Shown here: piece after piece, positions 1-9,337 of the stretch
How positions within the stretch are numbered: position 1 is the stretch's first letter
Layout of the letters: each line of letters starts with the position of its first letter
Assembly: GCA_014896305.1 (NCBI GenBank)
Contig: JADBKQ010000002.1
Span: forward strand, 65,670 to 129,669
DNA from: Limnochordaceae bacterium
GTDB taxonomy: Bacteria; Bacillota; Limnochordia; Limnochordales; DUMU01
DNA length: 64,000 nt
Direction of reading: 5' to 3'
The notes under the pieces: model-generated
What the model saw: only the letters and a program-made list of their open reading frames with translations
Told to the model about the DNA's origin: nothing
The model's database searches: none
Program-made: the position numbers and the translations under genes

Positions 1-56
1 TGCCCACCTCTCTGGCGTGACGAGTGTAGTGTTTATAATCTTGCGTCCTGGTTGTC

Positions 57-87
57 GCCGCCTCCTGCCGCGGGGGGCGGCCTTTTT
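57..87 (+). terminator. Rho-independent terminator of an upstream, off-window + strand gene
   Basis: The hairpin pairs GCCGCCTCCTG (57-67) with CGGGGGGCGGC (71-81), about 11 bp including two G-U pairs, with a 3-nt loop. It is followed by C plus TTTTT (83-87). Confidence 0.55.
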
Positions 88-148
88 CTCCGTACTTTGG
101 GGGCGTAGCAGGTTGACGGAGAAACCAAACGGAAAGTATGCCCCGACC

Positions 149-179
149 CTTGCATGATTATGCAAGCAGATAGTATACT
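149..179 (+). promoter_or_regulatory. Putative arg promoter (TTGCAT -18 nt- TATACT) overlapped by an ARG-box-like palindrome CTTGCATGATTATGCAAG
   Basis: The 18-bp near-palindrome at 149-166 matches 13/18 positions of the remembered AhrC ARG-box consensus. A -10-like TATACT at 174-179 lies 30 nt upstream of the argC ATG. Confidence 0.4.
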
Positions 180-209
180 GGTCGCAACCGTCGGAGGAGG
201 GATTCTGGG

Positions 210-1280
210 ATGCGGGTGGCTGTTATCGGTGCTTCCGGGTACAGCGGCGCAGAGTTGACCGCCTTGCTGCTCGCCCATCCCGCTGTGGATGAACTTCACC
301 TCGTCTCCCGCACGTATGCGGGCCAGCCTCTGGCCGCCGTCTTACCCCATCTGCGGCAGCCGCTGGCGCGGGTAGCCAAGCCGTGGGCACAGGATCTTCA
401 CTTTGAGGCACTCTCCCCGGAGGCGGTGGCTAGCCAGAGTGACTGCGTGTTCTGTGCTACTCCGGCCGGTGCAGCCCGTCCGCTGGCGCGGGCCGCCTGG
501 GAGGCAGGCATTCGCCTGGTCGACCTGGGGGCAGATTTTCGCCTGCACGATGCTACTCTGTACCCGAAGTTTTACTCCTTTGCCCACGATGAACAGACGT
601 TGCCGCTGCTGTCGGTGGCTGTCTACGGGCTGTCGGAGTGGTACCGCGCGGCCATCGAAGTTGCCCGCCTGGTGGCCAATCCCGGCTGCTACCCGACGGC
701 CACATTGCTTTCCACCCTGCCTCTGGCGCGTGCCGGGCTCTTGGGCGAAGGAACAGTGTCGGTGGTGGGCCTGTCCGGCGTGAGCGGTGCGGGGGCAACC
801 CCGGCCGCTGGTTACCACTTCCCGGAGATGACGGAGAACACTCGCCCCTACAATGTTCTGCGTCACCGCCATACGCCGGAGATGGAGCAGGAGTTGAGCC
901 AGGTGGCGGGCCACCCGGTTGCGGTCGCCTTTGTACCACAGTTGGTTCCGATGAGCCGGGGAATCCTGACCACCAGCTTCCTGCCCCTGGCCCGGAGTGC
1001 CACCACGGCTGAGCTGCTGTCGATCTATCGGGAGACCTATCAAGACAGCCCCTTCATCCGGGTTCTGGGTGAAGAGTATCTGCCTCAGACAAAGGCTGTG
1101 CAGGGCAGCAACTACTGCGACCTCACCGTACGGGCGACTGCGGACGGTCGCCAGGCGGTGGCCTGGGCGGCGTTGGACAACCTGCGCAAAGGGGCGGCGG
1201 GGCAGGCGGTGCAAAACATGAACCTCATGTTCGGTCTGCCGGAGACGACTGGGCTGGAAGCGGTTCCACTTTGGCCGTGA
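210..1280 (+). CDS. argC: N-acetyl-gamma-glutamyl-phosphate reductase
   Basis: 356-aa ORF with the Rossmann N-terminus 'MRVAVIGASGYSGAEL' and the catalytic Cys motif 'ANPGCYPT'. A GGAGGAGGG SD lies 9 nt before the ATG. It is the first gene of an argCJBD order. Confidence 0.95.
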   Translation: MRVAVIGASGYSGAELTALLLAHPAVDELHLVSRTYAGQPLAAVLPHLRQPLARVAKPWAQDLHFEALSPEAVASQSDCVFCATPAGAARPLARAAWEAGIRLVDLGADFRLHDATLYPKFYSFAHDEQTLPLLSVAVYGLSEWYRAAIEVARLVANPGCYPTATLLSTLPLARAGLLGEGTVSVVGLSGVSGAGATPAAGYHFPEMTENTRPYNVLRHRHTPEMEQELSQVAGHPVAVAFVPQLVPMSRGILTTSFLPLARSATTAELLSIYRETYQDSPFIRVLGEEYLPQTKAVQGSNYCDLTVRATADGRQAVAWAALDNLRKGAAGQAVQNMNLMFGLPETTGLEAVPLWP

Positions 1281-1378
1281 ACGGGTCTGTCCGGGTTCGC
1301 CTGGCAGTCCCGGTGTTGGGGATGGGTGGGAGGCCTAGGGCCAGGGGTCGAGCATAGGGTGCGAACGGGGGGAAGTCG

Positions 1379-2638
1379 ATGGAAATCGGGGTGGAAGACC
1401 AGCATCAACAACGGTTCGGCCTCGTGGAGGGGCTGCAGGAGATCCCGCCGGAACGCTGGCAAATACCAGGCTTTCGGGCGAGCGGCGTGCATGCCGGCCT
1501 GAAACGGCGTCGTCGCGACGTGGCGTTGATCGTGTCCGAGGAACCGGCCATCGCGGTGGGCACGTTCACCACCAATCAGGTACAGGCAGCACCGGTTCGC
1601 TGGACCCGGCGCCGGATCGAAGTGGGCCTGCCAGTGCGGGCGATCGTCTGCAACAGCGGCAACGCCAACGCCTGCAATGGTCCCCAAGGTGAACAAGATG
1701 CTGCAGCCATGGCTGCCGCGACCGCGGCGGCGCTGGGGATCTCCCCCGACGAGGTACTGGTGGCTTCCACCGGCGTCATCGGCCTTCCCCTGGACATGGG
1801 CAGGCTTCTGCCGGCTATCGGGGCGGCGGCTGCCGCCCTGGAATCTGGGCCGGACGGTTGGAGTGCCGCCGTCGAAGGAATCATGACCACCGACACCCGG
1901 CCGAAGATGGCGGCGGTCGAGTGTGCGATCCAGGGCCGGACGGTTCATGTGGCGGGGATCGCCAAAGGATCGGGTATGATTCACCCCAACATGGCGACGA
2001 TGCTTGCCTTCGTGGTCTCCGACGGCCAGGCGGAACGGGCCGTGCTCCAGGACCTGTGGCGGCAGGTGGTGGGCGAGACGTTCAACCAGATCTCGGTAGA
2101 CGGGGACACCAGCACCAACGATATGGCCTTGCTATTGGCAGGCGGGCGCAGTGGCGTGCGTCTGGACGCCGGCGATCCGGAGTTGAAGCGGTTCGCGGCG
2201 GCGCTACACACCGTGGCTCGCTCCCTTGCCCGCCAGATCGCGAGTGACGGGGAAGGGGCCACCCACCTGGTGGAGGTGGAGGTTACGAGGGCCAGTTCGG
2301 ATGCGGCGGCTCGCCAGATCGCTCGGTCCATCGCCCGCAGCAACCTGGTGAAGGCCGCGGTCTTCGGCCAGGATGCCAACTGGGGGCGCATTCTGTGCGC
2401 AGCGGGTTACGCTGGCGTCCCCTTTGACCCGGAGAAGGTCAACATCTGGATCGGACCGGTCCAGGTCTGCCAGAATGGCCGTTCGCTGCCCTTTGACGAG
2501 GCGGCCGCCAGCGCGGCACTGGCGCAGCCCGAGGTACACTTGGCGGTCGACCTGGCAGCAGGGAATGGAACCGGGGTTGCCTGGGGCTGCGATCTCACCT
2601 ATGATTACGTGAAGATTAACGCCAATTACCGAACCTGA
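1379..2638 (+). CDS. argJ: Bifunctional ornithine acetyltransferase / N-acetylglutamate synthase
   Basis: 419-aa ORF carrying the ArgJ autoprocessing region 'KGSGMIHPNMATMLAF'. A GGGGGGAAG SD lies upstream. Confidence 0.95.
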   Translation: MEIGVEDQHQQRFGLVEGLQEIPPERWQIPGFRASGVHAGLKRRRRDVALIVSEEPAIAVGTFTTNQVQAAPVRWTRRRIEVGLPVRAIVCNSGNANACNGPQGEQDAAAMAAATAAALGISPDEVLVASTGVIGLPLDMGRLLPAIGAAAAALESGPDGWSAAVEGIMTTDTRPKMAAVECAIQGRTVHVAGIAKGSGMIHPNMATMLAFVVSDGQAERAVLQDLWRQVVGETFNQISVDGDTSTNDMALLLAGGRSGVRLDAGDPELKRFAAALHTVARSLARQIASDGEGATHLVEVEVTRASSDAAARQIARSIARSNLVKAAVFGQDANWGRILCAAGYAGVPFDPEKVNIWIGPVQVCQNGRSLPFDEAAASAALAQPEVHLAVDLAAGNGTGVAWGCDLTYDYVKINANYRT

Positions 2639-2721
2639 GGGCGGGGTAACGGCACGAGGGGCAGCCGGCTTGGGCCCGGTTCCCGCAGACGGCGACCGGC
2701 GACCATCGAGGAGGGCAAGGA

Positions 2722-3738
2722 GTGCAAAACGTAGCAGAAAAAGCGGGGGTTCTCATCGAATCGCTGCCATATATTCGTACATTTGCCGGGAAGACGTTCG
2801 TCATCAAATACGGCGGGCATGCCATGGACAACCCGGAACTGTGCCGGGCCGTGGTGCTGGATTTGATCTTGCTCAAGTACGTCGGAGTCCACCCCGTGGT
2901 CGTCCACGGCGGCGGTCCCGAGATCGACCGGTTGCTGCAACGGTTGGGCAAACCCTCCCGCTTTGTGCGGGGGTTGCGGGTGACCGATGCCGAGACGATG
3001 GATGTCGTCCGGATGGTTCTGGTAGGGAAGGTCAACCAGGACCTGGTGGCTCAGATCAACCGGCTGGGTGGGCAAGCGATTGGGCTGTCGGGGCTGGATG
3101 GCAACCTGATTGTCGCTCGCAAGCACCAGCTCACCCTGGACGAACTGGATCGTAGTACGGTGCCGGGCCCCGGCCTTCTGTCCCATGTGACAGGCCAGCC
3201 TGCGGCAGCCGCCGCGCCGGAAGCGGCGGGAGCCCGCCCAGCAGGCGATGGAGTCGAGGGGGGAGCCGGCCGTGCCGTGACGGAGCCTGAGGTGCCAGAC
3301 CTGGGCTTCGTGGGCGACGTGGAGAGCATTAACCCGGCTCCGGTTCACCTGTTGTCCCAGGCAGGGTACATTCCGGTCATCTCATCCATCGGGGCCGGGC
3401 TGGGGGGCGAGTCGTACAACATCAACGCGGATCTCGTCGCGGGTGAACTGGCAGCCGCCCTGGGAGCGAGTAAGCTCATCATGCTGACGGATGTGGAAGG
3501 AATCTACGAGAACCCGGATGATCCATCGACGTTGATCTCTGCCCTGCAGGTGGAGCGGGCGGCCCGGTTGATCGAAGAGCGGCAGGTCAGTGGCGGGATG
3601 ATTCCCAAGCTGCAGGCATGCGTGCGGGCCCTCTCCCGGGGAGTGGCCCGGGCTCACATCATCGACGGTCGCAAGCTCCACTCGTTGCTGCTCGAGTTAT
3701 TCACAGACCGGGGTATTGGGACGATGGTGATCGCTTAG
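2722..3738 (+). CDS. argB: Acetylglutamate kinase with a ~50-aa low-complexity internal insertion
   Basis: AAK-family motifs 'FVIKYGGHAM' and 'VVHGGGPEI'. The start is GTG with a GGAGGG SD 6 nt upstream. At 338 aa it is well above the remembered ~260-300 aa for homologues. Confidence 0.93.
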   Translation: MQNVAEKAGVLIESLPYIRTFAGKTFVIKYGGHAMDNPELCRAVVLDLILLKYVGVHPVVVHGGGPEIDRLLQRLGKPSRFVRGLRVTDAETMDVVRMVLVGKVNQDLVAQINRLGGQAIGLSGLDGNLIVARKHQLTLDELDRSTVPGPGLLSHVTGQPAAAAAPEAAGARPAGDGVEGGAGRAVTEPEVPDLGFVGDVESINPAPVHLLSQAGYIPVISSIGAGLGGESYNINADLVAGELAAALGASKLIMLTDVEGIYENPDDPSTLISALQVERAARLIEERQVSGGMIPKLQACVRALSRGVARAHIIDGRKLHSLLLELFTDRGIGTMVIA

Positions 3739-3859
3739 CTTGACTGAAACCGGTCGCTGCTCGGGGCTGTGCGGGCAGCTCGGGGTCAGATTCATGGTCG
3801 TGACACCCAGGGATGGGAGCAGGCTGGGGAGCGCGCATCATGTGGAGGGGGAAGACCGC

Positions 3860-5167
3860 ATGGACGCAGAGGAGAGAAAGGGAACTTTTGCACAAGAGCT
3901 GACGGACGCTGGGGCAGGTGATGCCAGTATCAGCGCCGACTCGAGTGTGCGGGAACTGCTGGTCCGTACCATGAGCGACCAGTACCTGCTGCCTACCTAT
4001 ACTCGCCAACCGCTCGTGCTGGTGCGAGGGGAAGGCGCCCAAGTGTGGGATGTGAACGGCCGGGTTTACCTGGACTTTGTCGGGGGGATTGCGGTCGCAC
4101 TGGTCGGCCACTGCCACCCGCAGGTGGTCAGCGCCGTCCAGCAACAAGCGGCCGAGCTGATCCACACGTCCAACCTTTTTTACACGGAGCCGGCCGCTCG
4201 GCTGGCTGCCCGTCTGGCTCAGCAAGCGCAGCGGGCGGGGCTGAAGCAGCCTCGCCTCTTTTTTGCCAATAGCGGCACGGAGGCGGTGGAGGCCGCCTTG
4301 AAGCTGGCCCGCCGGTTTGCTGCCGTGGTGAAGGGAGAACCTGGACGCTACGAGATCATCTCCGCCCTTGGTTCTTTCCATGGCAGGACCATGGGTGCTT
4401 TGGCCGCCACCGGCCAGGAGAAATACCAGCGGGATTTCCGCCCCCTGCCTGAAGGTTTCCGGTACGTGCCTTACAATGACGCGGCCGCGCTGGGACGGGC
4501 CATCAGTGAGAAGACCGCCGCCGTGATCCTGGAAGCGGTGCAAGGGGAGGGTGGGGTCCGGCCGGCCGATCCCGGTTACCTGCAGGCGGCCCGCCGGTTG
4601 ACACGTGAACGCGGAGCGCTCCTCATCCTCGACGAAGTGCAAACAGGGCTGGGTCGAACGGGCAGTTTCTTCGCTTTTGAACAGGCGGGCATCCAGCCGG
4701 ACCTGATCTGTTTGGCCAAGGGTCTGGGGGGTGGGCTGCCCATCGGAGCGCTGATCGCCGCCGCGCCAGCAAGCCAGGGATTTGCTCCTGGCAGCCACGC
4801 TTCTACGTTCGGCGGCAACCCGTTGGCCTGCCGGGCTGCTCTGGCCGTGCTGGATGTGCTGGAGCAAGAGCAGTTGGTCAAGGCGGCGCAGGCCAAAGGG
4901 GAGCGGTTGTACCAGGGACTGGCCGCCCTGGCCCAGCGCTTTGGCTTGGCGCAAGCGCGGGGGGTGGGGCTGATGCAAGCGCTCGATTTGGGAACGGAGG
5001 CGGCCGCCCAGGTAGTCGACCTGGCCCGGGAGGAAGGGTTGCTCGTCAACGCGGTCAGCCCGACGACGCTCCGTCTGCTGCCGCCCCTGGTCACCAGCTC
5101 TGAACAGATCCAGGAGGCGTTGGGGGCCCTGGAGCGGGCGTTGACCCGCTGGCGCAGTTCGCTGTAG
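3860..5167 (+). CDS. argD: Acetylornithine aminotransferase (class III PLP enzyme)
   Basis: Motifs 'LILDEVQTGLGRTG' and 'LAKGLGGGLPIGA'. The start is uncertain. ATG 3860 has a GGAGGGGGA SD. ATG 3971 ('MSDQYLLPTY') matches homologue N-termini better but has no SD. Confidence 0.9.
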   Translation: MDAEERKGTFAQELTDAGAGDASISADSSVRELLVRTMSDQYLLPTYTRQPLVLVRGEGAQVWDVNGRVYLDFVGGIAVALVGHCHPQVVSAVQQQAAELIHTSNLFYTEPAARLAARLAQQAQRAGLKQPRLFFANSGTEAVEAALKLARRFAAVVKGEPGRYEIISALGSFHGRTMGALAATGQEKYQRDFRPLPEGFRYVPYNDAAALGRAISEKTAAVILEAVQGEGGVRPADPGYLQAARRLTRERGALLILDEVQTGLGRTGSFFAFEQAGIQPDLICLAKGLGGGLPIGALIAAAPASQGFAPGSHASTFGGNPLACRAALAVLDVLEQEQLVKAAQAKGERLYQGLAALAQRFGLAQARGVGLMQALDLGTEAAAQVVDLAREEGLLVNAVSPTTLRLLPPLVTSSEQIQEALGALERALTRWRSSL

Positions 5168-5311
5168 GCTGCCCGCCGCAGGGCGATGGCCGCTGGTGGC
5201 AGATGCCTCTGCCCGTTGGCCAGACAGCGGGGGTTGGTTCAGGAGTAAAGCAGAAGTCAGAGTGTGAGTCCGGGATACCGGTTCGTCGCTCGATCGTTTG
5301 AGGTGATACGC

Positions 5312-8300
5312 TTGCCCAAAGATCCATCGTTGCACCGTGTGATGCTGATTGGTTCCGGCCCGATCGTCATCGGGCAGGCGGCGGAGTTCGATTACGCAGG
5401 TACGCAAGCCTGCCGCTCGCTGCGCGAGGAAGGCCTCGAGGTTATCCTGGTAAACAGTAACCCGGCTACCATCATGACAGACCTCGAGATGGCTGACCGG
5501 GTGTACTTGGAACCTCTCACGTCCGAGTATGTCGCCAAAATCCTGGAAAAAGAACGTCCCGACGGTCTCCTGCCCACCCTGGGCGGCCAAACCGGCCTCA
5601 ATCTGGCGTTCGAACTCGCCCAAAGCGGCGTCCTCGACCGGCTGGGGATTCGCTTGTTGGGCACACCCCTGGACGCCATCGAGCGGGCTGAAGACCGCGA
5701 GCGGTTCAAAGAGACCATGCTATCGATCGGTGAACCGGTGCCGGAAAGCCATACGGCCGAGTCCCTCGAAGAGTGCGTCCGGTTTGCGGAGCAGATCGGC
5801 TATCCGGTGATTGTGCGACCCGCCTACACCCTGGGGGGAGCGGGGGGAGGCATTGCTGCCAACCGTGCGCAGCTGGAGGAGATCTGCGTACGCGGCTTGC
5901 GGCAAAGCTTGATTCACCAGGTTCTGCTGGAGAAGTCGGTGGCCGGTTGGAAAGAGATCGAGTATGAGGTCATGCGGGATCACGCCGACAACTGCATCAC
6001 CATCTGCAACATGGAAAACCTCGACCCCATCGGCATTCACACCGGTGACAGCATCGTGGTGGCCCCCAGTCAGACGTTGTCGGACCGGGAGTACCAGATG
6101 CTGCGGAGTGCCTCGCTCAAGATCATCCGGGCGCTGGGCATCGAGGGCGGCTGCAATATTCAGTTTGCTCTCGACCCGCACAGTTTCCGCTACTACGTGA
6201 TTGAGGTCAACCCCCGGGTGAGCCGTTCGAGCGCTCTGGCCTCCAAGGCGACGGGCTACCCCATCGCCCGGGTGGCGGCCAAGATTGCGGTCGGCCTGAC
6301 GCTGCCGGAGATTCGCAATGCTGTCACGGGCGAAACCACTGCCTGTTTTGAACCCGCCCTCGACTACGTAGTTGTGAAGTTTCCGCGCTGGCCGTTCGAT
6401 AAGTTCGCTGGCGCCAACCGGGTGCTGGGGACACAGATGAAGGCGACGGGCGAGGTGATGGCCATCGATCGCAGTTTCGAGGGGGCGCTGCTGAAGGCGG
6501 TTCGCTCCCTCGAAATCGACCTGGATGGACTGGAGTGGCCTGGGGTGGCGGCCATGAGCGATGAGACCATTCGCAACCGGCTCCAGCAGGCCGAGGATGA
6601 CCGGCTCTTCGTACTGGCCGAGGCGGTCCGGCGGGGTTGGAGCACCCAGGAGATCTACGCTTTGAGCAAGGTTGACCCCTGGTTCATCGAAAAAGTACGG
6701 GGTATTGTCGAACTCGAAAAGCGTTGGCAGGCGGCCGCCGGGACGTGGCTGAAGAGCAGGGCGGCTATTACTGCCGGCAGTTGTCCAGCGCACGTGCCGG
6801 CCTTGCTGGCGCAGGCCAAGCGCTGGGGGATGGCTGACAGCCGGTTGGCCACTCTTTGGGGCGTCGAGGAGGGGAAAGTGCGGGCGCTCCGGCAGGCCCT
6901 GGGCCTGCGTCCTGTCTACAAAGTGGTCGATACGTGTGCCGGCGAGTTTGCTGCCTCCACGCCCTACTTTTACTCTACCTACGAACAGGAGGATGAGGCA
7001 ACGGTCACGCCGCGGCGCAAAGTGCTGGTGCTGGGGTCCGGACCCATCCGTATTGGCCAGGGCATCGAATTCGACTACTGCTCCGTGCGTTCGGTCTGGG
7101 CTCTGCGCCAGGCCGGCGTAGAAGCGATCATCATCAACAACAACCCGGAGACGGTGAGCACCGACTTCGACACAGCTGACCGCCTCTACTTTGAACCGCT
7201 GGCCCTGGAGGACGTGCTCGAGGTGGTGACCAAGGAGAAGCCGGAAGGGGTGGTGGTCCAGTTCGGGGGTCAGACCGCCATCAACCTCTGCGCGCCGCTG
7301 GCGAAAGCAGGGGTGCCGATCCTGGGCACTTCTCCCGACAGCATCGACATTGCCGAAGACCGAGAACGCTTCTCTGAGCTAGCCACCGCCCTGGGCATCC
7401 GCCAGACCGAAGGGGCGACCGCCACGACGATGGCAGAGGCGATGGGGATCGCCCTGAAGCTGGGCTTCCCGCTGGTGGTGCGCCCTTCGTACGTGCTGGG
7501 CGGGCGGGCGATGGAGATCGTTCACAATGAGACCGAGCTGCTCGAATACATGAAGATGGCGGCGCAGGTCTCCCATCAGCACCCGGTTTTGCTCGATCGC
7601 TACCTCGAGGGCACGGAGTGCGAGGTGGACTGCATCGCCGACGGCGAGACGGTGGTCATTCCCGGTATCATGCAGCATATTGAACGGGCTGGCATTCATA
7701 GCGGAGACAGTATGGCGGTCTTCCCGCCGTATTCGCTGACGCCGGCGCAGATGGACACGATCGTTCGATATACAGAACGGCTGGCCCGCGCTCTGCAGAT
7801 CAAGGGGCTGATGAACGTCCAGTTCGTGGCCTTCGGCGATGAGGTGTACGTCTTAGAGGTGAACCCGCGGGCCAGTCGAACCGTGCCGTTCTTGAGCAAG
7901 GTGACGGGCGTGCCCATGGTGGACCTGGCGACCCGGGTGATGCTGGGCGAAAAGCTGGCTGACCTCGGGTACCGCAGTGGCCTGTTGCCGCCCCCGCCGT
8001 TCATCACGGTCAAAGCGCCGGTGTTCTCCTTTGAGAAGCTGGGGATGGTGGACACCGGCTTGGGGCCGGAGATGAAATCCACGGGCGAGGTATTGAGCCT
8101 GGCGGACACGTGGGACGAGGCCGTGTACAAGGCGCTCCTGGCCAGCGCCGGGAAGGTGCCCCGGCAGGGAACGCTCCTCGCGACGCTGGCGGATCGGGAC
8201 AAGGAGGAGGGAATCCCGCTGGTGGCTGCCCTGGCTAAGGCTGGTTTCGCCGTCTACGCCACGGAGGGAACGGCTCGAGCCCTGGCCGCGGCCGGCGTGA

Positions 8301-8692
8301 AGGCCCAGGTGGCGGCGAAGATCGGCGAAGGTCACCCGACAGTGTTAGACCTGATCTACGGCGGCAAAGTGAACCTGGTGCTCAACACGCCGACCCGGGG
8401 CAAGATCCCCTGGCGGAGCGGTTTCCAGCTGCGCCGGGCGGCGGTGGAGCTGAAGATCCCCTGCATCACCGCCCTGGACACATTCCGCGCTCTGGTACGG
8501 GTGGTCACCGCGGCAGGTGTCCGGGACAGCGTTGATGGAATCACCCGCCCTGAAGCAGGCAACACCAGGGACAGAGCGGCCACCCTGACGCCGCAGGTCT
8601 TGTCGTTGGGGGAGTATCTGCAGCGACGGCGGCTGGTTGAGGAGGTCAGCGCGCCTCCTGCGCAGCCCTGGCCTGCTGGGAAGCCGGGTTGA
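5312..8692 (+). CDS. carB: Carbamoyl-phosphate synthase large subunit
   Basis: Duplicated ATP-grasp halves begin '[21 protein letters not shown]' and '[19 protein letters not shown]', and the C-terminus is MGS-like. I chose the TTG start at 5312, 5 nt after GAGGTGA, giving an '[14 protein letters not shown]' N-terminus. Confidence 0.93.
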   Translation: MPKDPSLHRVMLIGSGPIVIGQAAEFDYAGTQACRSLREEGLEVILVNSNPATIMTDLEMADRVYLEPLTSEYVAKILEKERPDGLLPTLGGQTGLNLAFELAQSGVLDRLGIRLLGTPLDAIERAEDRERFKETMLSIGEPVPESHTAESLEECVRFAEQIGYPVIVRPAYTLGGAGGGIAANRAQLEEICVRGLRQSLIHQVLLEKSVAGWKEIEYEVMRDHADNCITICNMENLDPIGIHTGDSIVVAPSQTLSDREYQMLRSASLKIIRALGIEGGCNIQFALDPHSFRYYVIEVNPRVSRSSALASKATGYPIARVAAKIAVGLTLPEIRNAVTGETTACFEPALDYVVVKFPRWPFDKFAGANRVLGTQMKATGEVMAIDRSFEGALLKAVRSLEIDLDGLEWPGVAAMSDETIRNRLQQAEDDRLFVLAEAVRRGWSTQEIYALSKVDPWFIEKVRGIVELEKRWQAAAGTWLKSRAAITAGSCPAHVPALLAQAKRWGMADSRLATLWGVEEGKVRALRQALGLRPVYKVVDTCAGEFAASTPYFYSTYEQEDEATVTPRRKVLVLGSGPIRIGQGIEFDYCSVRSVWALRQAGVEAIIINNNPETVSTDFDTADRLYFEPLALEDVLEVVTKEKPEGVVVQFGGQTAINLCAPLAKAGVPILGTSPDSIDIAEDRERFSELATALGIRQTEGATATTMAEAMGIALKLGFPLVVRPSYVLGGRAMEIVHNETELLEYMKMAAQVSHQHPVLLDRYLEGTECEVDCIADGETVVIPGIMQHIERAGIHSGDSMAVFPPYSLTPAQMDTIVRYTERLARALQIKGLMNVQFVAFGDEVYVLEVNPRASRTVPFLSKVTGVPMVDLATRVMLGEKLADLGYRSGLLPPPPFITVKAPVFSFEKLGMVDTGLGPEMKSTGEVLSLADTWDEAVYKALLASAGKVPRQGTLLATLADRDKEEGIPLVAALAKAGFAVYATEGTARALAAAGVKAQVAAKIGEGHPTVLDLIYGGKVNLVLNTPTRGKIPWRSGFQLRRAAVELKIPCITALDTFRALVRVVTAAGVRDSVDGITRPEAGNTRDRAATLTPQVLSLGEYLQRRRLVEEVSAPPAQPWPAGKPG

Positions 8693-9119
8693 TCTCCATC
8701 AGCTCGATGCGGTTGCCATCCGGGTCGGTCAACCAGGCCTGCCAGTTGCCATCCTGGCCACGGGTAGGCAACCCCTCCGGGTAAACTCCGCGTGGCTCCA
8801 GCTCCTTGAGCGTCTGTTGCAGATTGTCTACCAGAAGACACAGGTGCATCAGCCCGCCGGGAGTGGCCGCAGCGGGCGGAGTGGGGACAGGTTGCCGGGC
8901 GGCCGCCGTATCCAGCGCTCCGCTCTCTTTGGTAGCGGGCGTGGGGAGTAGCTCGAGGAAGCTTTCTCCAGCGACGTGGAGATAGACAATCCAGGGGGTG
9001 CCGTCTGGCTGATTCAGACGAAACGCTTCCTTCAGGCCCAGACCGCGCCCATAAAACTCTAGCGCCCTGGCAAGATCGCTTACTTTCAGCGCAACATGCC
9101 CCAATCCTTTGATCATCAT
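8646..9119 (-). CDS. VOC (glyoxalase/bleomycin-resistance/dioxygenase) family protein
   Basis: Motifs '[19 protein letters not shown]' and '[11 protein letters not shown]'. ATG 9119 lies 7 nt after GAAGGGA. The 3' end overlaps the carB 3' end by 47 nt. Confidence 0.8.
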   Translation of the reverse strand: MMIKGLGHVALKVSDLARALEFYGRGLGLKEAFRLNQPDGTPWIVYLHVAGESFLELLPTPATKESGALDTAAARQPVPTPPAAATPGGLMHLCLLVDNLQQTLKELEPRGVYPEGLPTRGQDGNWQAWLTDPDGNRIELMEINPASQQARAAQEAR

Positions 9120-9235
9120 CGCCACATCCCTTCAAAAGCGAGCGAACGCGGTGATCACTGGTTCGACCTGTCCGGCCCATCTCCTTCCTGCGCCGTCCAG
9201 CGACTGCCCACTTGCCGCCGGCTCATGGATGTGGC

Positions 9236-9277
9236 TGTTCACATAGGAGAAACAGGCCTGGCAATGAATGTTCACAT
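9236..9277 (+). repeat. Perfect 9-bp direct repeat TGTTCACAT x2, 33 bp apart, upstream of the 5'-nucleotidase gene
   Basis: The copies are at 9236-9244 and 9269-9277. Each contains TTCACA. The first is followed after 5 nt by GAAACA. This is a Pho-box-like arrangement. Confidence 0.5.
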
Positions 9278-9337
9278 GGAACGGGCAGAATGGACACAGG
9301 CCAAGAGCTGGCACTTTCAAGGAGGAGGTAAGGCTGT

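Noticed and set aside
3701-5623. 640-aa ORF on the minus strand, antisense to argD and carB
   Set aside because: It lies entirely opposite two strongly supported genes. The translation is Arg/Gly/Pro/Gln-rich with no recognisable motifs. Long stop-free antisense frames are expected in GC-rich coding DNA.
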